The notes under the pieces were generated by a model. That model had not been told where the DNA came from, made no database searches, and saw only the letters and a program-made list of their open reading frames with translations. 64,000 nt of DNA from the NCBI GenBank assembly GCA_965207735.1, contig OZ242296.1:4288001-4352000 (forward strand). The letters run 5' to 3'. Positions 50,827 to 59,521 of this stretch are shown piece by piece. This DNA comes from Candidatus Versatilivorator sp. Its GTDB lineage: Bacteria > Acidobacteriota > Terriglobia > Versatilivoradales > Versatilivoraceae. Position numbers and translations under genes: made by a program. The stretch's first letter is position 1, and every line of letters begins with the position of its first letter.

Positions 50827-51636
50827 ATGATGATCAAGAAGCTGGTGCTGTGTCTTTGGTTAGGACCGGGGCTTATCTGCGGACCGGGGGAGATGTATGG
50901 GCAGGGGGGATCTCAGCGCTCACGCTATCTGGGGTTTCATAACGTTCCCTTCGGACTGTCTCGGGCTGTGGAGATTATGGGAGATCGTTTATTGGGTCCG
51001 GGCAAGGAACGGATCGAGTGGATAGGCACATTGAACCCTAAGGATTCCGGTGAGGTTGCGGTGAGGATCATTTGGGAGTTTCCGAGGAAGGTCAGAATAG
51101 AAAAGCAGCTCGGCCCCGAAGCCGGACGCAATGTGGATGTCACCGTCTACGACGGGGAGAACCTGCGCAAGTCTCATGGGTTGGTCAAGCCGGAGGACGA
51201 GGACTTGGTCGAGATGTTGACCCATGATTCGGTCGAAGGTTTTTTCGTCGGTCAGATAGAGGGATTTTCGGTTCGGTTTTTGGGAGGTGGATTTCGGGAA
51301 CAGGACGAGTCGGGAAACCCGGTCGGCCCGTCTTACGACATCTACTCGGTAACCGATTGGCTGAACGTGTCGGGGAAGTACTTGCCCCAGGGGAAGTTCT
51401 ACTACTTCGACTCGCTGGAAGCAGTGTTGAGGGAGGTCCAGTACACTTGGGATCCGAAGCGCGGGAGACCGCCCAGACGAGTGAAAATTGAACTGGGCGA
51501 ATGGAAGCAGGTCGGGGATCAGTTGATACTGGGCCGGCTGGAGAGATACGAGGATGGCGTCGAGGTGCTCTCGCTGTCATTCACGGAGGCTACGGTCGGA
51601 CGCGGATTGGAAGACGGGATTTTTTCAAGACCCTGA
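50827..51636 (+). CDS. Secreted hypothetical protein, LolA-like fold suspected
   Basis: Signal-like N-terminus (KKLVLCLWLG); FPRKVRIE, VYDGE, YYFD, EWKQVG, and LEDGIFSRP C-terminus as in lipoprotein-sorting/LolA-like proteins. Confidence 0.5.
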   Translation: MMIKKLVLCLWLGPGLICGPGEMYGQGGSQRSRYLGFHNVPFGLSRAVEIMGDRLLGPGKERIEWIGTLNPKDSGEVAVRIIWEFPRKVRIEKQLGPEAGRNVDVTVYDGENLRKSHGLVKPEDEDLVEMLTHDSVEGFFVGQIEGFSVRFLGGGFREQDESGNPVGPSYDIYSVTDWLNVSGKYLPQGKFYYFDSLEAVLREVQYTWDPKRGRPPRRVKIELGEWKQVGDQLILGRLERYEDGVEVLSLSFTEATVGRGLEDGIFSRP

Positions 51637-51676
51637 GGCCGGAGACTCCAGGTATAACGGCTAGTAGAACAGGAAC

Positions 51677-54600
51677 GTGAGCATGAGGTTTTGGGCCAAG
51701 CCTACCCTGTCCGGACCCATTCCTGGAATCGGGGCGCTGCGTTCTGATGGCCTGGGACAGCAGCAAGGCCAGTCTGCGCGCCCGGACCCGGCACTGCATC
51801 CTGACCGGCAATACGGAGGGCAGGCACGGGCGGCAACTTACCGGAGGGCTTTTCTCATTCTTGGCTGGATCACCGGCGCGATTCTCACGGTGCCGGTCTC
51901 TGCAGCCGCTCAAGGGGTCTGTGACCGTACGCCCCAAGTTCGGGACAAGCTGGTGGAACTCACAATGGTATCGAGTTGCGAGAGCGTGACCCAGAGGGAT
52001 CTGGACGAGGTTGCCAATAGAGGCCTGCACCTGGGGGGGGGCGGCATCGCCAAGCTTCGTGTCGGCGACTTTGACGGACTGGGTTCTCTGACAGTGCTGT
52101 CGCTCCATGACAATCAGCTCTCCAGCCTGCCCAAGGGTATATTTCGCGGGCTGAGTTCCCTCGAGCGGTTGTTTCTGGATAACAATGAGCTATCTGCCTT
52201 GCCCGAGGATATCTTTGTTGAGCTGGGCGCCCTGCAGCATCTCGGGGTAAGCGGCAATCGGCTGTCCACGCTGCCCGTGGAGGTTTTTGGCGGAACGAGT
52301 ACCCTGCAGTATCTCGGGTTGGGCGACAATCGATTCGCCGCCCTGCCGGAGGACATTTTTCACAGGTTGAGTTCCCTCGAGCAGTTGCATCTGCACAATA
52401 ATCAGCTAGCCGAACTTCCCAAAGGAATCTTTCGCGGTCTGGATCGCCTTGCTCAGTTGTGTTTGCGCGGCAACCGACTGGCCGCCCTGCCCGAGGGCGT
52501 GTTTCACGGGCTGGACAATCTGGCATTGCTGCGGTTGCACGGAAACCGACTGGCTACCCTGCCCGAGGCCATCTTTCGCGGGTTGGGATCCATGAAAGCG
52601 CTGTCCCTACACCACAATCAGTTGTCCAGCCTGCCCTCAGGGATCTTTGAAGGGCTGGGGTCCCTCAAACAGTTGTTTCTGAACCATAACCGGTTGTCCA
52701 ACCTGCCCTCGCAATTATTCGGGGAGTTGGATTCCCTCCGGCATTTGTTTCTGGGCCACAACCGGCTGACCAACCTCCCCCCGGAAATCTTCGGGGAGCT
52801 GAGTTCTCTCCAGCAGTTGTTTCTGGATCACAATCAATTGTCCACCCTGCCCCCAGGCATCTTTGAAGGGCTGAGTTCCCTCACACGGTTGTTTCTGGAC
52901 CACAACCGGCTGTCCACCCTGTCTTCAGCCGTCTTCAGCGGTCTGAATTCCCTGCGCGGGCTGTTTCTGAACCACAATCACCTGGCTGCGTTGCCGGCGG
53001 GCACATTGAGCGACCTGAACCATTTGGTATCACTGAGTTTGCGCGACAATCCCCTTCGGCGAGAATCGCTTCTGGGGACATTCGACGAGGTGCTCGATAC
53101 CCTGAACTGTCCTTACATTACTGGCTGGGGAGCGTCCATTCAGGGAGTACTGGACCTGGATCTGGACCTGAGGGCGACTCTTGCCTTCGCTTCGACTGAG
53201 CAGAGAGCTTCGCCGGGGGACAGCATCAAAGTGCCGGTAACCCTGAGCCGGGCGCTGCCGTTGGCCGTGCGTGTGCCTTATTCCGCAAGCCCGCCGTTGC
53301 CGCTGGCCGCGAGTGTGGCTCCTGCCGCCGCAGGCAGCGCGCCGTCTGACGACTACAGGGACCTGTCGCCGCCGCCCTCCGAGGGACTGCTGTTTCTGGC
53401 CGGAGAAACCCGCAAGGAAATCACTTTCACCCTGGCAGAGAGCGCTGACGATCAGGACAAGTTCATGGTACTGACCTTGAGTGAAGTCTCCGAAATCGGG
53501 CTGCGCCGATCCGACGGCACCGATCCCGATACGTCCTGTCTGGATCCCCGAGTCTTTCTCTCCCGTCCCAACAAATGGGCCACGCACACGGTGACCATCA
53601 CCGGCTCCGGTTCGGGAGGGACAGATCCCGACGCGGCGGAGAATCTCTTTGTTCCCGTCCTCCTGACGGCGGCCGGACGTAACCGCTCCTTCTTCACCTC
53701 GGAAATGACCTTGACCAACCGGGGAGCTCATCCGGCAACGCTCCACTACACCTACACGGCACATACCGGTGGAGGTAGCGGCGCCGGCTCCGACATCCTT
53801 GCCCCCGGGCGCCAGAAGATCCAAACCGACGCCATTGACTATCTCATGAGTCTGGGAATCCCCATCCCGGATTCGGGAAGCCGCATCGGTACGCTGGGCG
53901 TGAAAGTCTCGGGGGCTTCAGGGGTGGGGGTCATGGTCCGGACCACCACGGCCGTGCCCGAAGGCCGCGCCGGTCTGGCCTATCCCGGTGTTCCGGCGGA
54001 AGCCGGATTCCAGGAAGCGGTTTATCTGTGCGGCCTGCGGCAGAACCGGCAGGACCGCTCCAACATCGCCTTTCAGAACATGGGAACCGCCAAGGATGGT
54101 TCCATCACCCTGAGGGCCACGGTGTTCTCGGGAGAGGCCGCCGACGCCGGAGCCCGAGTCCTGAAGGATGTGAGGCTGGGGCCGGGGGGGTTTCACCAGT
54201 TTTCGAGAGTGCTGGGCGTGCTGGGCAGCGAGGCCCACGGCTATGTCAAGGTAGAGCGGGTCGAGGGAACGGCGCCCTTTTATGCTTACGGGGTCATCAA
54301 CGACCAGGCCAATTCCGACGGCTCCTTCGTCTTTCCGATAACTGCCGGCTCGCTGGAAGCCAGCACCGGCCAGACCCTGCCGGTGGTGGTGGAGACGGGA
54401 GTCTTCTCCAGCGAGTTGACGGTGACGAATTTCTCCGAAGATGCCAGGAACCTCATCTTGAAACTGGTGGCCGATGCCATCGACACCGAGGCTGACACGG
54501 CCACCGTGCGCCTGCTCATTGAAGCCGGGGAGCAGCTCATTATCCCCGGCGTCGTCGCCTCCTGGCGCCAGCAGGGTGTTGGGGGCATCGCTCAGACCAG

Positions 54601-55093
54601 GGGTAGCCTCGCGGGTCCCTTGTTCGCCAGTGCGGTCGAGGGGGACCTGAGCGGGATCGTGGTCGGGGCCCGGACCGGCTCTCAGGGAGTCAGCGGGCAC
54701 TACAGCGTCTTCTACAACGCCGTCCCCTTTGGAGAATCCTTCACCGAAATGGCCTGGGTCGACGCCCTGCAGCAGAATGAAGAGAACCGGAGCAACCTGG
54801 CCTTGGTCAATACCGGGGAAGTCGACGACAGCGACAGCGTCTTCAGCCTCGACATCTACGACGGGGAGACGGGCCGGTTGGTCAACACCGTGACCGGTAG
54901 ACGGGTTGCGCCCGGAGCTTGGTACCAGATCAACAACATCCTGGGCAACTATGCCCCGGACACCACCCAGGGATATGTCCGCATCAGGCGGATCTCCGGA
55001 AACAACCCCTTCCTGGCCTACGGGGTCGTCAACGACGGAGGCGCTCCGGGACAGCGCAGCAGCGATGGAGCCTACTTGCCGGCTCGAAGGTAG
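51677..55093 (+). CDS. Secreted LRR protein paralog: N-cap, about 15 LRR, Calx-beta-like domain, same C-terminal module
   Basis: Signal segment RRAFLILGWITGAILTVPVSAAAQ; VCDRTPQVRD; 24-aa LRRs; C-terminal half colinear with the 45716 gene. Start uncertain. Confidence 0.88.
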   Translation: MSMRFWAKPTLSGPIPGIGALRSDGLGQQQGQSARPDPALHPDRQYGGQARAATYRRAFLILGWITGAILTVPVSAAAQGVCDRTPQVRDKLVELTMVSSCESVTQRDLDEVANRGLHLGGGGIAKLRVGDFDGLGSLTVLSLHDNQLSSLPKGIFRGLSSLERLFLDNNELSALPEDIFVELGALQHLGVSGNRLSTLPVEVFGGTSTLQYLGLGDNRFAALPEDIFHRLSSLEQLHLHNNQLAELPKGIFRGLDRLAQLCLRGNRLAALPEGVFHGLDNLALLRLHGNRLATLPEAIFRGLGSMKALSLHHNQLSSLPSGIFEGLGSLKQLFLNHNRLSNLPSQLFGELDSLRHLFLGHNRLTNLPPEIFGELSSLQQLFLDHNQLSTLPPGIFEGLSSLTRLFLDHNRLSTLSSAVFSGLNSLRGLFLNHNHLAALPAGTLSDLNHLVSLSLRDNPLRRESLLGTFDEVLDTLNCPYITGWGASIQGVLDLDLDLRATLAFASTEQRASPGDSIKVPVTLSRALPLAVRVPYSASPPLPLAASVAPAAAGSAPSDDYRDLSPPPSEGLLFLAGETRKEITFTLAESADDQDKFMVLTLSEVSEIGLRRSDGTDPDTSCLDPRVFLSRPNKWATHTVTITGSGSGGTDPDAAENLFVPVLLTAAGRNRSFFTSEMTLTNRGAHPATLHYTYTAHTGGGSGAGSDILAPGRQKIQTDAIDYLMSLGIPIPDSGSRIGTLGVKVSGASGVGVMVRTTTAVPEGRAGLAYPGVPAEAGFQEAVYLCGLRQNRQDRSNIAFQNMGTAKDGSITLRATVFSGEAADAGARVLKDVRLGPGGFHQFSRVLGVLGSEAHGYVKVERVEGTAPFYAYGVINDQANSDGSFVFPITAGSLEASTGQTLPVVVETGVFSSELTVTNFSEDARNLILKLVADAIDTEADTATVRLLIEAGEQLIIPGVVASWRQQGVGGIAQTRGSLAGPLFASAVEGDLSGIVVGARTGSQGVSGHYSVFYNAVPFGESFTEMAWVDALQQNEENRSNLALVNTGEVDDSDSVFSLDIYDGETGRLVNTVTGRRVAPGAWYQINNILGNYAPDTTQGYVRIRRISGNNPFLAYGVVNDGGAPGQRSSDGAYLPARR

Positions 55094-55365
55094 AGGGCGC
55101 TGATGCTGGGCACGAGCCTCAAGGTGACAGGCAAGCTGCCCGCCATACCCACGGCCATGCCCACGTACGACCAGTCACTCGCCCTGCTTTCTTCGACCGT
55201 GAATCGGTCCAGTGCCCCGTAGCAGGTATCCCACAGCGCATCGCCGAAAATCTGGCGGATGACAACAGCTCGCACCCACCGGAAGACGCTCCGGGTGCAC
55301 CCGACCCACAGCTGCACCGAACGAGAAAGCTTGATGTTGTACCGTAAATATGGGAATATGGTTCT

Positions 55366-55644
55366 ATGAAGACCACCATCGATCTCCCTGAAGCCACCTT
55401 CCGGCAGGCCAAGGCCATGGCCGTCGCCCGCGGAATGACCTTGAAGCGGTTCTTCACCCAAGCGCTTGAGGAACGACTTCGGCGCTGCATTGTCGAGACC
55501 CGGAACGAAGGTGTCGAGCCTCCCTGGATGGCAGGATTCGGCGCGCTTTCCGACATTGCCGACGAGAACCGCCATGTCCTCAATTTGATCGAAGAGGAGT
55601 TCGAGAGGCTCTCCCCCGAAGATCTCCACGAAAACCTGCCATGA
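55366..55644 (+). CDS. vapB: VapB-like antitoxin (ribbon-helix-helix)
   Basis: MKTTIDLPEATFRQAKAMAVARGMTLK; 4-bp overlap with the PIN gene. Confidence 0.8.
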   Translation: MKTTIDLPEATFRQAKAMAVARGMTLKRFFTQALEERLRRCIVETRNEGVEPPWMAGFGALSDIADENRHVLNLIEEEFERLSPEDLHENLP

Positions 55645-56018
55645 TCCTCGACACCAACGCCTTGTCCGCCTGGGCGCAGGGGTATGCCGGGGTCGAAGCG
55701 CCCCTCCGCTCGGCCGAGCGCCTCGTGGTCCCCAGCGTCGTTCTCGGTGAGTACTATTTCGGCATCCGCCAATCGCGTCACCGCCTCCGATATCAGGACT
55801 GGCTTGCCCGTTACTTGCCGATGACGGAAATCGCAACCATCACCTCGGGGACAGCGGATGCCTATGCCGATATTCGTCTGGAATTGAAACGGATGGGGTC
55901 TCCGATACCGCCGAACGACGTCTGGATCGCCGCATTGGCCCGCCAGCACACTCTGCCGGTGTTGAGCAACGACAGTCATTTCGACGCCGTCGACCGAATC
56001 CAGCGCATAGCTTTCTGA
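55641..56018 (+). CDS. vapC: VapC PIN-domain toxin
   Basis: MILDTNALS, VVLGE, PIPPNDVWIAALA, SNDSHF. Confidence 0.92.
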   Translation: MILDTNALSAWAQGYAGVEAPLRSAERLVVPSVVLGEYYFGIRQSRHRLRYQDWLARYLPMTEIATITSGTADAYADIRLELKRMGSPIPPNDVWIAALARQHTLPVLSNDSHFDAVDRIQRIAF

Positions 56019-56045
56019 TTACTAGCCTTTGTAAATAACGCTCAA

Positions 56046-56210
56046 TTGTTTCAGGCAAGGGCCGCCCCCGCCCTGCCGTGCGGATCATTCGAGGGTGAAA
56101 CCGGGGACATTGATGACGTATCGGGAGGCAGGGACAGGTTCCGGTTCCCTCACCGTCTTTCTTCGTGTGCCTTCGTGGATAACTCTTTTTTTCTGTTGTT
56201 TCAGGTAAGC
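56046..56210 (+). repeat. 58-bp element (56046-56103) plus a partial composite repeat (about 56160-56210)
   Basis: TTGTTTCAGGCAAG...GCGGATCATTCGAGGGTGAAAC has the same length as 23470-23527. It is followed by CTTCGTG.GCCTTCGTGGATAACTCTTTTT...TTGTTTCAGG. Confidence 0.85.
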
Positions 56211-56213
56211 AGG

Positions 56214-57347
56214 TCAGGGCGTGACCTGCTCCAGGATGGCGACGTCTCCGGGGTTCCAGGTCTGGGCGATGATGTAGAGCTTGCCGTCGATCCGGCGCAC
56301 CACGGCGTCGTGGATGTGCTGAAAGGTCTCCAGGCCCAGCTCATCCTTGACCATCACCGTGGAAATCACCCGGTCCCCTTCCAGAATGTAGATGGGCGCG
56401 CCCTTGCTGCGGTCGGGGCCATACAGGCAACCCACCACCGCGTATTTCCCCACGTAGTCGATGTCGATGGGAAAGGAACCGACCGGCAGCCGCAGGGTGG
56501 ACCGGTAGTGCCCGTACCGCGTGAAGCGCTCCACTTTGGCATTGGGGCGGTCCGAGACCGCCAAGAGTCGCTTGTCGGGAGTCAGGGTGATGCCGTGCCC
56601 CGTGCCGAACTGGCCCGGGCCATCGCCCTTGCCGCCGAAAGCCAGATCGTGCCAGCTGACCCGAAAGGGATCGGTGCTCAGCACTCGGGCCGTCAGGACG
56701 AAGTCGAGACTCGAGTAGCCCGTCGTCACGTAGAGCATCCCCTCCAGATGCTCCACGTCGGTGGGGGCGAAATTCCCCATTCCCCGGAAGTAGCTGTTGA
56801 CGGTGGGATGATCGAAGTCATTTTCCAGGCTGGGAGCCTGGAGCGTGTGGACTAGGGCTCCGTCGAGGGTGGTGGTATGGATGTCTCCGGTCTTGTGGCC
56901 CGGGAAGGTCAGGTAGCCGGTGCCATCGGCGGCATACCAGATGGTGACATTGTGCAGGGCCACGTCCTTGATCGCCTCCGGCGTCTCCAGCAGCCGCACG
57001 GTCTTCATATCTGCGCTGATCTGCAAGATTCCCGCTCCGGCCAAGGCGAAGTAGGTTTCTCCCCTTCCGGGGCGGCGGTCCACCGTAAAGCCCCCGTGGG
57101 CGGCGGCCAGCACTTTCCTGGCCTCTTCCGGCAACCGTTCCGAGGTATAAAGGACCCGAAACTTCATGTCTCCCTGCCCGCTCACGGCTCCTTGAGAGTT
57201 CTCTGCCCTGTTGGCGCCGGCCAGCCCACCGTGCACCGTGTAGGCCACTGCGGACCCGCGGTCATGAGAGAAGAGCATGGAAGAGCTTGAACCGAGGTTC
57301 AACACAAGGGCCCAGGCACAGGCTAGAACGCAGGCGCGCAGTTTCAT
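56214..57347 (-). CDS. Secreted NHL-repeat beta-propeller protein
   Basis: Signal peptide MKLRACVLACAWAL; FAPTDV, GGKGDGPGQFGTGHGI, SDRPNAKVERF, HIHDA. Confidence 0.7.
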   Translation of the reverse strand: MKLRACVLACAWALVLNLGSSSSMLFSHDRGSAVAYTVHGGLAGANRAENSQGAVSGQGDMKFRVLYTSERLPEEARKVLAAAHGGFTVDRRPGRGETYFALAGAGILQISADMKTVRLLETPEAIKDVALHNVTIWYAADGTGYLTFPGHKTGDIHTTTLDGALVHTLQAPSLENDFDHPTVNSYFRGMGNFAPTDVEHLEGMLYVTTGYSSLDFVLTARVLSTDPFRVSWHDLAFGGKGDGPGQFGTGHGITLTPDKRLLAVSDRPNAKVERFTRYGHYRSTLRLPVGSFPIDIDYVGKYAVVGCLYGPDRSKGAPIYILEGDRVISTVMVKDELGLETFQHIHDAVVRRIDGKLYIIAQTWNPGDVAILEQVTP

Positions 57348-57457
57348 GGTAGTACTCCCCCCGTTGGAAATTGGATTGGAACGATCCTCCAATTCACGCA
57401 TGGAGCACCGTATTTCGGACTTCGGCAGGCAAGCTTCAGAACAGGAACATTCGGTCA

Positions 57458-59227
57458 TCAGGCCGATTTGGCCTCCTTGTAACGCACCGCCAGCTCCAGC
57501 TTCTCGATCAGGATCTCCTCGGAAATTTCAGCCGGACGGTCGGCGACGCGAACCCCCACCAGGTTCTTGCCCAGGGCAAGCTGGTCCGGCTCAACGTCAA
57601 ATTCCAGCCATCCGTCGTCGACACGACCGGTTCCCAGGTTGAGGTTGTTGACCCTCACTTCAACCCTCTTATCGATGCCTCGAGGCATGCCGCTGGTCCA
57701 GTGAGGCTCCGGACCCGGTCCACCCACCCGCTCCGGGACCAGTCTGTCCCTGACCATAACGGGGGGATGCTTCCTGCTCTTGGGTAACCGCGCCGCGGCC
57801 GGATCGTTCAGCAGCAAACGGAGGCGAAGACTGGCGACCCTGTCGGCCTCCGAAGGGATGTCGTCCCCCACATTGAGGGTCAGCAGGGTATCCACCCTCC
57901 CACTGTTGTCGAGAGCGGCTGGCAACGCCTCCAGCATGTTGGTGTTGGAATACATCAACCTGGGAGTCGTCCAGTCTTCGGGATTCGGCATCACGATGGT
58001 TCCGTGACCGCCGCCCCGTCGCTGAACCACGAACGTCTTGTCCAGATGGCGAATGACCTCGGTCCCACCCATCTCGCGGAAGGCCTGCTGATGCATGGGC
58101 CAATGGAGTTCTCCCGGGTCGGGGCCGTACTTGAAGTTGAAGGTCTGTATGCCGTCGGCGCCTTGCTGGTACCAGTTGGACCAAACTCCCCGAAGGACTT
58201 CGATGGGGGGAACGCAGTAGCCGTCAGAGGAATGGTGATCGTCGATCACGCCCAGCAGCTTAGTGGGCAATCCCTCGGCGAGTTGGCGGAAAGCCACCAG
58301 GTCCACTTCGAAATTGCGGCATCCCAGTGCCAGGATGTCCACCAGTTGCTCCTTGATCCAGGTGCCGACATCCAATCCATCGAAATGACAGCCCACCAGG
58401 TTCTCGGGAACCCGGGCGGCCAACAGGAACGCCCGGCCGCGGCGGCGCTCCACCTCCAGGGTCATCTTCCGGATTCTACGGATGAGATCGGTCAGCAGGG
58501 AGTGATTCTCCCAGGCCTGACCGGGAGGGAAAATCGGGCACATGCGGGCAAAATCCAGCTCGATTCCGTCAAACTCGTAGACCGTAGCTACTTCTTCCAT
58601 TTTGCGGAAGACGTAGTCACGGACACCCTCGACGGCATAGTTCCAAACCCCGTTGGGATTCCAGGGCAAGACCATGAGCCAGTCGGGATTTTGCTGCTTG
58701 AGCGGGATGGGATTCTGATTGTGCATGTCATCGATGAAGGTTCCCCGCCCCGGAATGAACTGCGGGTCGTTGTCGCTGCCGTTCATGCGTTCGGAGAAGA
58801 AAACTTCCAGCCCCCGCTGACGGGTCTCGTCCTGGAAGATCCGAACGATGTCAATGCCTTGCTCGATCCAGCGTTGGTAAGCGGGCTGGTTGTAGGTCGG
58901 CAGGATCTTGCTGGGGTAGGCGGCCACGTTACCTTCCCCCCAGTTCCACCACACGCTGTCGATGCAGGACTCCGGGTCGTCGATGAAGGCAAAGCGACTC
59001 TTCAGGATGGCATCGATACTTGGATAGATGTCGGGATCGCTCAGCAGCACGTCAAAGTTCTTGGCCACCCGCCGCCGGCGGTTGACGGCTTCCAGGTGAA
59101 GCGGCGATAGCCGGACGGGAGGCCTACCTCCACCGGGCCGATCCTCCAAAGCCACGCGGCACCCACTGAGTTGCGCGGCTCCGACCACACCGGCAACGGC
59201 AGCACCCAAGAATTCTCGACGATCCAT
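57458..59227 (-). CDS. Tat-exported (lipo)protein, GHL10/DUF187-like; paralog of the 36217 gene
   Basis: MDRREFL...LSGC; FFSERMNG, FDGIELDFAR, ARVPE, GADGIQTFN. Confidence 0.7.
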   Translation of the reverse strand: MDRREFLGAAVAGVVGAAQLSGCRVALEDRPGGGRPPVRLSPLHLEAVNRRRRVAKNFDVLLSDPDIYPSIDAILKSRFAFIDDPESCIDSVWWNWGEGNVAAYPSKILPTYNQPAYQRWIEQGIDIVRIFQDETRQRGLEVFFSERMNGSDNDPQFIPGRGTFIDDMHNQNPIPLKQQNPDWLMVLPWNPNGVWNYAVEGVRDYVFRKMEEVATVYEFDGIELDFARMCPIFPPGQAWENHSLLTDLIRRIRKMTLEVERRRGRAFLLAARVPENLVGCHFDGLDVGTWIKEQLVDILALGCRNFEVDLVAFRQLAEGLPTKLLGVIDDHHSSDGYCVPPIEVLRGVWSNWYQQGADGIQTFNFKYGPDPGELHWPMHQQAFREMGGTEVIRHLDKTFVVQRRGGGHGTIVMPNPEDWTTPRLMYSNTNMLEALPAALDNSGRVDTLLTLNVGDDIPSEADRVASLRLRLLLNDPAAARLPKSRKHPPVMVRDRLVPERVGGPGPEPHWTSGMPRGIDKRVEVRVNNLNLGTGRVDDGWLEFDVEPDQLALGKNLVGVRVADRPAEISEEILIEKLELAVRYKEAKSA

Positions 59228-59521
59228 GGTTTAACCACTCCTCACGGCCGAAGGCCAGGCGTCCTGCTTTCCAGCAGCGCCTGAGGCAACCGATTCCTCT
59301 GCCGTTGTGACAGGCTGAATGTGTCTATCAGCCTATCACAGCGGCAAGCGGGCAGCGGAAACGAGGTCATTCCCGCGGCGAATTTCCCCTCGCAAAGTTA
59401 CTGCTGAACCATTGCGGCAATTGGTGGGATAATACCGGGCCGGCAGGCTCCTGCCCGCGCGATTTCGGGTCACGAGAACTACTCAGGTTGCGTTTCCACT
59501 CTCCCTGCAGGGGGCATTCCC

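Noticed and set aside
45716-55093. Diversity-generating retroelement acting on the LRR genes or the PhyH duplicate
   Set aside because: No reverse transcriptase in the window, and differences between repeat pairs are not adenine-specific.
55100-55340. Possible gene fragment between the LRR gene and vapB
   Set aside because: No start, ribosome-binding site or recognisable family motif.
59228-59521. M-box (Mg2+) riboswitch upstream of mgtE
   Set aside because: No recognisable M-box consensus or terminator by eye; an Rfam cmsearch would be needed.
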